Assembly (NCBI RefSeq): GCF_006345805.1
Contig: NW_021824767.1
Coordinates: 1 to 18,146 of the forward strand
Source: Octopus sinensis
Lineage: Eukaryota
Direction: 5' to 3'
Length of the DNA: 18,146 nucleotides
Part shown: positions 8,955-18,146 of the stretch, in pieces
Numbering within the stretch: the stretch's first letter is position 1
Layout of the letters: each line of letters begins with the position of its first letter
Notes under the pieces: model-generated
Told to the model about the DNA's origin: nothing
The model's input: only the letters and a program-made list of their open reading frames with translations
Database searches by the model: none
Made by a program: the position numbers and the translations under genes

Positions 8955-9157
8955 AATATGAGTCGTTGCTCACTGATATGAGCCGCCGCTCGCCGATATG
9001 AGACACCGCTCACTGATATGAGCCGCCGCTCACTGATATGAGCCACCGCTCACTGATATGAGCCACCGCTCACTGATATGAGCCACCGCTCACTGATATG
9101 AGCCGCCGCTCAATGATATGAGCCACCAGTCACTAATATGAGCCACCGCACATTGAT
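8955..9157. repeat. Minisatellite, 20-bp unit (consensus AGCCACCGCTCACTGATATG), about 10 copies
   Basis: Period 20 from 8961 to about 9157. Central units are near-identical and edge units degenerate. Confidence 0.95.
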
Positions 9158-9420
9158 GCCAACCAATGTCTCAGTCAGTTTAGACAGCAAATTTCCTCGT
9201 TAAAATGTTGATGGCATGATGGTAACATTCACCCTTGGGATAGCTCTCCAGACGAAGGCTTAGATCTCTCTCATCAATCTTGTTAACAGAAACTTCCCCA
9301 AGTAGCGTCATAGCGCCATTGAATATAGTGGTGGGTGGCAAAAGTTGGAAAGAAATGATTTTTCCACTTGGATCAATGTTTCGATCGATTAATCGAATTG
9401 CTGGCATCAAGCTGTCTCAA

Positions 9421-9440
9421 ATAGAGTCACGTGACTCTAT
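9421..9440. promoter_or_regulatory. Perfect 20-bp palindrome ATAGAGTCACGTGACTCTAT containing a GTCACGTGAC (CLEAR/USF-type E-box) core
   Basis: The palindrome is exact. The regulatory role is only a motif match. Confidence 0.4.
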
Positions 9441-9993
9441 GTGCTACAAGAGATTTCGTACTTTTCCGACCGCTACGTGAATGTCCCGTCAGGCACGGTT
9501 CCTCTCTTGGCATTAATGTGAGTTGACTTTGTTTAGGTCACAATTTTCATGTCGATCCTCGGCCGGGATGAACAGCACGGTTCCGGGAGATTTTGTCAGA
9601 TTCCAATCCCACTAGTTCCCAGTTTCCAGCGAACATTGTCCAGTACGACTGACGGGTAGAATTCTGACTAGAAGCTTCCTGTACATTGAACCCCGCTTCT
9701 GTTACCAAACTCTCTATAACAGAAAGACTTTAGGTGTCTAAGATCCAACTTACCGAAGGTACCTGCGCAATGAAGCATTATAACGACGTTGGTGGGGAGA
9801 TGACAATTTCTAGTATCGCTATCTTTGAAGGATCCAAGGAGACAAATCCAGTGGAGAAGGAAAACCTACAGAAATAGCATATTCATACAAATGCTAGAAG
9901 CTGCTGAATATTTACTCCGTCGGAAAAAATGCCATTCATAATTGATTTTGCATCGTATTTTCAGTGTGCACTCCGCAATCCTTTGTCGTTTAG

Positions 9994-10128
9994 GACATAT
10001 TAAACGAGACGGTAGGGCAGTGTTTCATAACCTTCAGAGTAGATACACCAAGGGGCTGGGGAGTCAGAATAATGTATCCGTGGGACTTTTGTCATGAGCG
10101 CGGAGTACCCAGCTACTACGCGGACAAG
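9994..10128 (+). CDS. Candidate internal exon, 135 nt, phase 0-0, unknown product (DILNETVGQCFITFRVDTPRGWGVRIMYPWDFCHERGVPSYYADK)
   Basis: Acceptor TCCTTTGTCGTTTAG|G and donor AAG|GTAAAA. Open frame of 45 codons in non-repetitive sequence. No recognised homology. Confidence 0.3.
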
Positions 10129-10279
10129 GTAAAACCTGACTAAAGTGTTACAAATGGAAAAGGTGTATGCTAATACGAAAAATTTACAGAGGGGGCGCAC
10201 TTTTTCTGTTTACTCTATGGAGTACCCTGCTATAAGCATACTTACGGTAACTCTATGTATACACACACACAAAGATATA

Positions 10280-10320
10280 CAGTATTCCCTCGCCATATCG
10301 CGGGTCACCTGTCGCGGTTT
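10280..10320 (+). mobile_element. Terminal fragment of a pogo/Tigger-like (Tc1/mariner) element
   Basis: TA|CAGTATTCCCTCGCCATATCGCGG: TA target followed by a CAGT..CCCTCG..TATCGCGG terminus typical of Tigger-like TIRs. No partner TIR found. Confidence 0.45.
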
Positions 10321-10385
10321 ATTACGTAGATTCCTCCGTGCTGTTGTTTTGCATTTATAATAAGATAAATTTGTTTTATTTTTTT

Positions 10386-10598
10386 ATTCTTTTCCTTTTT
10401 TCAGTCATTTGACTGCGGCCATGCTGGAGCACCGCCTTTAGTCGAACAAATCGACCCCAGGAATTATTCTTTGTAAGCCTAATACTTATTCTATAGGTCG
10501 CTTATGCCGAAACCGCTACGTTACGGGGACGTAAACGCACCAGCATCGGTTGTCAAGCGATGTTGTGGGGACAAGCACAGACACATACATACATACAT
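10386..10598 (-). mobile_element. SINE family A, 3' half, running into the 12-bp satellite
   Basis: Reverse complement of the family-A 3' module. Its internal (ACAT)n tract is continuous with the satellite. Confidence 0.9.
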
Positions 10599-11594
10599 AC
10601 ATACATAAGTACATACATAAGTACATACATAAGTACATACATAAGTACATACATAAGTACATACATAAGTACATACATAAGTACATACATAAGTACATAC
10701 ATAAGTACATACATAAGTACATACATAAGTACATACATAAGTACATACATAAGTACATACATAAGTACATACATAAGTACATACATAAGTACATACATAA
10801 GTACATACATAAGTACATACATAAGTACATACATAAGTACATACATAAGTACATACATAAGTACATACATAAGTACATACATAAGTACATACATAAGTAC
10901 ATACATAAGTACATACATAAGTACATACATAAGTACATACATAAGTACATACATAAGTACATACATAAGTACATACATAAGTACATACATAAGTACATAC
11001 ATAAGTACATACATAAGTACATACATAAGTACATACATAAGTACATACATAAGTACATACATAAGTACATACATAAGTACATACATAAGTACATACATAA
11101 GTACATACATAAGTACATACATAAGTACATACATAAGTACATACATAAGTACATACATAAGTACATACATAAGTACATACATAAGTACATACATAAGTAC
11201 ATACATAAGTACATACATAAGTACATACATAAGTACATACATAAGTACATACATAAGTACATACATAAGTACATACATAAGTACATACATAAGTACATAC
11301 ATAAGTACATACATAAGTACATACATAAGTACATACATAAGTACATACATAAGTACATACATAAGTACATACATAAGTACATACATAAGTACATACATAA
11401 GTACATACATAAGTACATACATAAGTACATACATAAGTACATACATAAGTACATACATAAGTACATACATAAGTACATACATAAGTACATACATAAGTAC
11501 ATACATAAGTACATACATAAGTACATACATAAGTACATACATAAGTACATACATAAGTACATACATAAGTACATACATAAGTACATACATAAGT
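10599..11594. repeat. Perfect tandem array (ACATACATAAGT)83, 996 bp
   Basis: Every 60-nt line from 10621 to 11580 is identical; 996/12 = 83 units. Confidence 0.97.
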
Positions 11595-11894
11595 GTGCGT
11601 GTGCGTGAGTGTGTATGTGTGTAAACTTACGCAGTGGGAATGCAAACGTGACAAATTTTAACTGTTTTTCCGTAGATTAACTATAAACATGAATATAAAC
11701 AGCTGTAACCCTTTTCGAACCACATGTGGGTTCTCATCAAATGTGATTACATCAGCTGACCTGTCCCAGAGAAATAAGCACCCAATTTGTTTATTTACTT
11801 AACAAATCCAGTGACTATAGGGAACTGGTGCTACCTATTTACATACCGTTGGTATTAAGCACTTTATTTCATATCAGCATATGTGTGTGCGTGT

Positions 11895-12289
11895 GCATGA
11901 GTGGCTGTGTGGTAAGTAGCTTGTTTACCAGCCACATGGTTCCGGGTTCAGTCCCACTGCGTGGCACCTTGGGCAAGTGTCTTCTACTATAGCCTCGGGC
12001 CGACCAAAGCCTTGTGAGTGGATTTGGTAGAGGGAAACTGAAAGAAGCCCGTCGTATATATGTATAAATATGTAGATATGTGTGTGCGTGTATGCTTGTG
12101 TTTGTCCCCCTAGCATTGCTTGACAACCGATGCTGGTGTGTTTATGTCCCCGTCACTTAGCGGTTCGGCAAAAGAGACCGATAGAATAAGTACTGGGCTT
12201 ACAAAGAATAAGTCCCGGGGGTCGAGTTGCTCGATTAAAGGCGGTGCTCCAGCATGGCCGCAGTCAAATGACTGAAACAAGTAAAAGAG
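11895..12289 (+). mobile_element. SINE family A, full length
   Basis: End-to-end alignment with 7763-8180. Confidence 0.92.
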
Positions 12290-12474
12290 ATGTGTGTGTG
12301 TGTGTGTGTGTGTGGTGTATACATAGATACATAAGTACATACATAAGTACATACATACATATATACACATGCACACACACACACACATATATACCCACAC
12401 GCAAGCGCGCTCGCAGACACATGCACATACACAAACCAACGTCAATGTCCGTTATATGACGTCACCGACCTCCT

Positions 12475-12578
12475 GTTGCTGTGGTTGTTATTGTTATTGT
12501 TAGTGTTTTTGCTGTTGTTGTTCATGCTGTTGGTGCTCCTGTTGTTGTTGTTGTTGTTGCTACTGCTCCTGCTGCTGT
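12475..12578. repeat. Degenerate (GTT/GCT)n trinucleotide tract
   Basis: Directly visible. Confidence 0.85.
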
Positions 12579-12830
12579 CTTCACTTTACTGACTGACAAC
12601 TGCGCAATACATGTTCACGCCGGTCACCACTCGATCAGTCAACGGTAGACTGAGAGATCAAATCCTGCTAAAAATACAGTCCATTTATCCATTCCGTCGC
12701 CCTCTAAATTAGTACGCATCGCATGAAAACTCTGTCTAGCTGTCAATAGGAACCATGAGGAAGTACATTCAGTCAAACAATAAATAGTAATGTCTAAAAG
12801 CAAAATCAATCTAATCGTAATTATATTCAA

Positions 12831-13227
12831 CTAGCAGTATCGCCCGGCGTTGCTCGGGTTTGTAAGGGAAATAACTATATAAGCATTTTTAGAGATGTAA
12901 AGTATAATAGCCATCTCAATGTGGCTAACCACAAAGGGGGGGTGTTACTGTAGCTTTTTACGTTCTGAGATTTGATAATAAATTTTTAGAGAGTTACTTC
13001 CCTTATATATGCCAAAAATGCATTAAAAATGGGAAAAATTGATGGTAATTTTTTTTTTTAATCGTAGACTCATCGTAGACGCGCGCTAATACCCAGAAGG
13101 GCTCGATATGAATCACGACTATAAGATACCCGGTTTTGGTTAAACTGCACCACAAAATGTGGGAGTAGTTAGGAATCTAAATCGTAGGAGACAGACAGCA
13201 CACAACCTGACTTTTATATAAAAAAGA
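12831..13227 (-). mobile_element. Non-autonomous Helitron, copy 2 (397 bp)
   Basis: Minus strand reads A|TCTTTTTTATATAAAA...CCCGAGCAACGCCGGG-CGATACTG-CTAG|T. Shares about 200 bp at the 5' end and the 3' terminal block with 4887-5388. Confidence 0.85.
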
Positions 13228-13456
13228 TATCGAATTATCCAGCGCAGTTTCCGATGGAGAACTTTGTAAGACGCCATGTTTCTCACATGTTTCCCACATG
13301 TAGAACGAAACCGTTTTCACGTCGATATTAGAGATCTTGAGTTTTGTCTTTGTTGGCAACGCTTGTGATCTCCAAATGGGTTTCAAAGCAGCTTTAACTT
13401 GCCTATTCCTTGTTTTTATGTCCTGGTCTGTTATGCCTCCATCCCAACCCATTATT

Positions 13457-13858
13457 CTTTTCTACTCTAAGCACAAGGCTCGAAATTTTGGGACGAGGGG
13501 GGGGCAGTCGATTAGATCGACCCCAGTACGCAACTGGTATTTAATTTATCGACCTCGAAAGGATGAAAGGCGAAGTCAACCTCGGCAGAATTTGAACTCA
13601 GAACATAAAGACAGACGAAATACCTATTTCTTTACTACCCACAAGGGGCCAAACACAGAGGATACAAACAAGGACAGACAAACGGATTAAGTCGATTACA
13701 TCGACCCAAGTGCGTAATTGGTACTTAATTTATCGACCCCGAAAGGATGAAAGGCAAAGTCGACCTCGGCGGAATTTGAACTCAGAACATAAAGACAGAC
13801 GAAATACCGCTAAACATTTCGCCCAGATGTCCGAACGTTTATACCTGTTCACCGCCTT
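13457..13858 (-). mobile_element. Dimeric SINE family B, second copy, inside the LINE
   Basis: Same monomer-monomer junction and alternative tail as 4372-4753. Degenerate TSD CCCAAsCmATTATT at 13443-13456 and 13861-13874 (12/14). Confidence 0.9.
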
Positions 13859-14060
13859 ACCCCAAGCAATTATTAACGATGCTTCCGAAGTATGTGACAT
13901 CGTTGGCCACATGCGCCCTCATGCCTTTTCTCTTCTCGATGTTGATCTTGAGGTCAATATCCATGAACGTTAAGCTCATTAAGGTGACCCTCCTCCGCCA
14001 TATCAATGTGATGTTAAGAGTGAGAGAAGGACAATGTTATCAGTGAAGCTGATATCTTCT

Positions 14061-14343
14061 GTGTCACCTGATATCACCTGTGTCATCTCTTGTGAAAGGT
14101 AGGAGAGTCCAGTTTGCTGGACATTGTTGTAGAGCTGAAAAAGAGGTAATTTCTACTCTTCTCTTCTGGAAGCCATCTACTCGCAATACCAGAGGGCGCA
14201 CACTCTCCTACCCTGATGTAATCTCCAGGGATACAGGCATCCAGCAACAGGACCTCCGTAATGCCATGATGGACCGTGAAGTCTGGCGTAGCATGGTAAA
14301 TTCCATTGTCTCGACCACGGTCGAACAATGATGATGATGATGA
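14061..14343 (+). mobile_element. 5'-truncated 3' end of a second RTE-type LINE with (GAT)n tail and 11-bp TSD
   Basis: Open frame RRVQFAGHCCR...RGRTLSYPD...MMDREVWRSMV* typical of RTE C-termini, followed by (GAT)n. TSD TGATATCTTCT at 14050-14060 and 14344-14354. Confidence 0.88.
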
Positions 14344-14895
14344 TGATATCTTCTAGGGACCTTTGTATTTCTCTGGATTGTATTTTAGTTGTTTCTTTTA
14401 TCACCCAATTAATTGCCATTAGGAAAAGAAAGGAAAATTGCAAATACATTCGTCGCACTCTTTTCAAGACAGTGAATGGTCGCGTCAAAGTTGCTTCATG
14501 TATAACTTGACATGTTGATCGTTCATAAGAAGCTCTGACCAAAGTAACGATCTTCTCAGGCAGACCAAAATGTCGAAGCAATTCCCACAGTGTCACCCTC
14601 TCCTCACTGTCAAATACCTTCTCATAAATCGTTAAATGGCACGTATAAAGAGGTGTTCCACTCCGGCAGCTGTTCGATGATTATTCGAAATGTAGCTGTC
14701 TGACCAGAGAATGACCTCCGCTGTTGGAGGTCAGTTTGTCCATCTCTTTAAAGTTTGTCCACCTCGTTTTCATCCTTTCAAGAAATACCTGGAAGCTTCG
14801 AACGACGAATCTACATCTGCTTACAATGCTTTAGCTTTGATTCTGTCTGGATCTGGTCTCCTTCTGTGTTGGAGTCTCTGTGCTAATATCCAACA

Positions 14896-15516
14896 GAGTT
14901 TCTGTTGGAGGTGCAGATATGGACTCAGACCATCACCTGGCAAAATTCTCGTATAACCTCTACCTTGATAAATGATGGTCACACCAAAGCTAGATATACA
15001 GTTGATGTCACCAATAGATTCCAGGTCCTCGTCAGTCTCCTTGAAGAAGATGCACCGATGGAGCAGACGAAGTTGAAAATGAAAGCAGCATGGAAGGATA
15101 GCTGTGAAGAGATTTTTGAGTAAGAGAACCAAACAACGCAAAGATTAGATCTCAACAGGGTCTTTACAGATGGTATCTCTCCACAAAAATAAGAAAGCCG
15201 AACTCAAGAACTGAAAAAAAACAGGGTAAGCAAAGCAGAGAATCAGAAATGTAGGCCAAAACCAACTAAGGCGGGAGACGAGGTGCAAAGTGGGACAAGA
15301 GAAACTAGAGGGATTCGTCCAAGAAGTGGGAGAAGCGACAGCGCAGAGAAAATCTGAAAGAACTCTGTAAAATCACCAAGTGACTTTCAGAAAATCAGCG
15401 AATCGCTTTCCATGAGGGGGCACACCCTTAGAAATAAGCAGAAACAGTTGAAGAAATGAGGGGGTCACTTCGAAGAACTTCTAAGTCGTCCTGCTCCAGT
15501 CATTCATCCAAATATG
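14896..15516 (+). pseudogene. Inverted 5' segment of the RTE LINE (end of APE endonuclease plus linker)
   Basis: Plus strand gives GADMDSDHHL (endonuclease SDH motif), VTNRFQVL, and HFEELLSRPAP, in the opposite orientation to the adjoining RT region. Confidence 0.85.
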
Positions 15517-15639
15517 ACTTTATCTACTCCTATTCAACCTTTGTCCACCCCTATACTACTTCTGTCCCTATATTATATCTACTCCAGTACTATATCTACC
15601 CTTAATACTATGTCTACCATACCTCTCTAAACTAATGAC

Positions 15640-16372
15640 ATTAACATTACACACACACACACGCACACATACAACTTCCATATACACTTCCACCCTCACA
15701 CCTCATCCATATCACTCTATTATATCCAGTGCAACCAAAATACCACCCCTAATTGCATTAAACCACCCTCATATCACCCTGATTCCACTCCTGTAATACG
15801 TCATTTATTTCATTGTTTTCTTTCACAATTTTCACATCTGGACTCTTTCTTCGAATATAAATTTCACAGAAAAGACACCAAAACACATACACATCAGATA
15901 CATATATACATAGGTATATACATATACAACATATATATATACGTGTTTGCAAGTGTGTGTATACATACACACTTACACACAAACACTTCTATACACAAAC
16001 GCATAACACATGTACACATACGTAAATGTCCTTGCAAGCACATAAATGTATGTATAAATAGGTTCTGCCGTAGAGATGAGCACACGTGCACACACATACA
16101 CATTGCCACAGGGTATTACAACAACCATCATAACAAACACCTACAACAACAACAACATCAACCACCACTACAACAGCAACCTCCTCTACAACAGCTTATA
16201 CTTCCTCACACACACATATGTACATATACAGAACAATACACAATACAACGTGAATACATTCACACACACACGCACACACACATGCACATATGCACATATG
16301 CACACACACACAACACACACACACGCACACACACATGCACATATGCACACATACAGAACTCCATATCTCTGA
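15640..16372. repeat. Low-complexity region with (CA)n, (TA)n and (CAA)n tracts
   Basis: Directly visible. Confidence 0.85.
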
Positions 16373-16576
16373 CCCAGTGTAACCAGACTTAATACGAGTA
16401 GCAGCAGCAGCAGCAGTAGCAGCAGAGTGGATGAAGGAATCGTGTCAACTGAAATGTTAAGTGAGGAGTGGTGACAGTCACGGATGTAATGGCTTCGTGC
16501 TGGGTAACTCTCTTCTACTTTCATTTATAAACCTTCGCTAACACGCACCGAGCCTCTCTCTTTCTACAAATTCGAA

Positions 16577-16585
16577 CGCACACAC

Positions 16586-16616
<31 letters not shown>

Positions 16617-16627
16617 TACACACACAC

Positions 16628-16664
<37 letters not shown>

Positions 16665-17040
16665 TACACACAGACACACACATATATATACACACACACA
16701 CATATATCTCGCACGCGCGAGCTCATTTTGTCTGTGTGTCTCTCTTTTTCTCTCCTTCACACAAACGCACACACACTCTCTCTCTCTCTCTCTCTTTCTC
16801 TGTCTATATCTCTCTCACGCGCGAGCTTATCTGTCTGTACGTCTCTTCTTTTCTCTCTCTCCTTCTCTCCTTCACACACATACACACACACTTACGCACA
16901 CATACACACACACATAAACACACTTTCTCTCTCTCTTTCTATGTCTTTATCTTTCTCACGCCCGAGTTCATTCTCTCTGTCTCTCTCCCTTTTCTCTCTC
17001 CTTCTCTCCTTCACACCACACACACACACACACACACACA
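16577..17040. repeat. (CA)n/(CT)n compound microsatellite with a three-fold higher-order unit
   Basis: Anchor CACGCsCGAG recurs at 16712, 16816 and 16957, each followed by a CT tract and CTCTCCTTCACAC. Confidence 0.8.
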
Positions 17041-17218
17041 AAATAACAAGACACATACGAACATCACCGAGTACGCCATAATTAATGTCAGCAAGGTATT
17101 TTCACTAAAAGTGCTCAACAAATCGTTCATATAAATTATAACTATGTCGGGCAATGACATAAAAGTCTTTACAGTCGAAAACTAAACGAAAATTGCTAAC
17201 AAGGTATAGACAAAATTA

Positions 17219-17635
17219 TGGCCCTGGGATTTAGTAATTCGCTTCGCAAACCTAGTAGTCTGTCTTTGATCTGGATCTTTTTGAAATTCCTCCAGCCAAT
17301 TAAAGTACTTCAATTTTTCATCACTTTCTACAGTGACATAGTTTTTGTTATAAATTTTGTTATGCTAATTTCTACGAAAAATTAATGTGATTTTCATCAA
17401 CATGCAGAACTATATCAGAGTAAAAGATTTGAGAAAAAATCTTGTGAAAATTTTAAATACTTCAAGTGGCTGGAAGAATGTTAAAAAGTTCCTTTGATCT
17501 CACTGGCTGCCATCTTGGATAGCAAATATCTATTCACTGTGAATAGACCCTGCCAGAAAGATCGAATCTTGAGAAGGAAATGGCTAACTTTGTCGAATCC
17601 CGTCAATAAACTTCACTTGTAATTCACAGGGCCAA
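17219..17635. mobile_element. Old MITE-like element with nested inverted repeats
   Basis: Terminal TGGCCCTG...CAGGGCCA with imperfect extension. Internal 48-bp inverted repeat 17273-17320 / 17445-17492 (39/48). No TSD recognised. Confidence 0.5.
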
Positions 17636-18036
17636 CCGTACATACTGCAATACGCTGGTTTTACTTAAAAATTACGGTAAGATTACACACTTGGTCTTCA
17701 CGTGTTTATCCACTCCATACAATAATCCAATGACTGGGGAATTCTTTTGAACGTTGAACTGGACGTTTCTCTCTCTCTCTCTCTCTCTCGCTCTCCCTGC
17801 CGTTCCTCCCGCCTTCTCTTCTATCTGCAACCCACACATGACCAGTGACTGATTTTCTGCCTTCTGCCTTTTTGCCACTGCACGCCTAACATGCTGGTCT
17901 ACCTTTTTTTCTCTTCTCAATTCTGTTCTTTTTTTTCCTTTTCTCAATTCTGTTCTTTATATCCATTTGAGAATTTCTCCCAGGCGTTAATCCACCATTC
18001 TCGTGTTTGATCCCCAAGGCTATATATATTTATTTA

Positions 18037-18146
18037 TTCTTTTACTTGTTTCAGTCATTTGACTGCGGCCATGCTGGAGCACCGCCTTTAGTCGAACAAA
18101 TCGACCCCAGGACTTATTCTTTGTAAGCCTAGTACTTATTATATCG
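18037..18146 (-). mobile_element. SINE family A 3' end, runs off the window
   Basis: Reverse complement of the family-A 3' module. Confidence 0.9.

Larger units (their letters stand above)
13229..14890 (-). pseudogene. Decayed RTE-clade LINE, reverse-transcriptase region (sense = minus), interrupted by two insertions
   Basis: Remnant motifs in order: DISTETPTQKE; PDRIKAKAL*AD; TFRIIIEQLPEWN; YEKVFDS; LWELLRHFGLPEKIVTLVRASYE; FLFLMAINWVIK; LEDISFTDN (degenerate FADD); IDLKINIEK; TYFGSIV; DQDIKTR...LKPIWRSQALPTKTKLKI. Confidence 0.9.

Noticed and set aside
8955-9157. CRISPR-like appearance of the 20-bp array (and the 34-bp array at 4116-4222)
   Set aside because: Units are head-to-tail with no unique spacers, there are no cas genes, and the context is eukaryotic.
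9754-9865. Minus-strand 112-nt exon candidate (TTTCTGTAG / GTAAGT; VFLLHWICLLGSFK...)
   Set aside because: Good splice signals, but such motifs are expected several times by chance in 18 kb; no homology, and it conflicts in strand with the plus candidate. Not excluded.
10516-11654. Five ORFs of 345-377 aa (MYLC, YVCT, HKYI, MYVL, STYI repeats)
   Set aside because: They are translations of the stop-free 12-bp satellite, open in multiple frames on both strands; no coding evidence.
12457-12464. CRE palindrome TGACGTCA
   Set aside because: A single 8-mer is near chance expectation, with no supporting promoter context.
16120-16200. PolyQ coding exon (QQQQHQPPLQQQ); similar tract on minus at 12475-12578
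   Set aside because: (CAA)n microsatellite embedded in CA tracts with no splice or homology support; the 12475-12578 tract contains an in-frame TAG.
17672-17947. 91-aa basic ORF on minus
   Set aside because: Partly encoded by (GA)n and A-rich tracts; no recognisable domain.
17914-17958. 18-bp direct repeat TTCTCAATTCTGTTCTTT x2
   Set aside because: Minor slippage in a pyrimidine-rich tract; no further structure.

Overview
Eukaryotic, very repeat-rich, apparently intronic or intergenic DNA. It is most likely from an octopod cephalopod (genus Octopus); this rests on my recollection of the SINE families and the microsatellite density, not on a database search. No intact protein-coding gene is supported, and almost all long ORFs in the track are read-through of microsatellites. 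The window is a nest of mobile elements: (i) two tRNA-type SINE families, here called A and B, including a dimeric B form inserted as one unit with a target-site duplication (TSD); (ii) a decayed, internally deleted mariner transposon (3313-4836, minus) carrying two SINE-B insertions; (iii) two non-autonomous Helitrons with canonical A|TC...hairpin-CTAG|T ends (4887-5388 plus; 12831-13227 minus); (iv) a decayed RTE-clade LINE (about 13229-15516) whose 5' part is inverted in the twin-priming configuration and which hosts a SINE dimer and a second RTE fragment. Other notable structures are a near-perfect 62-bp-arm foldback (6810-6955), a perfect 83 x 12-bp satellite grown from a SINE's internal microsatellite, a self-complementary 20-bp minisatellite, a perfect 20-bp palindrome with a GTCACGTGAC core, and a non-repetitive island (9160-10270) with a candidate 135-nt exon.
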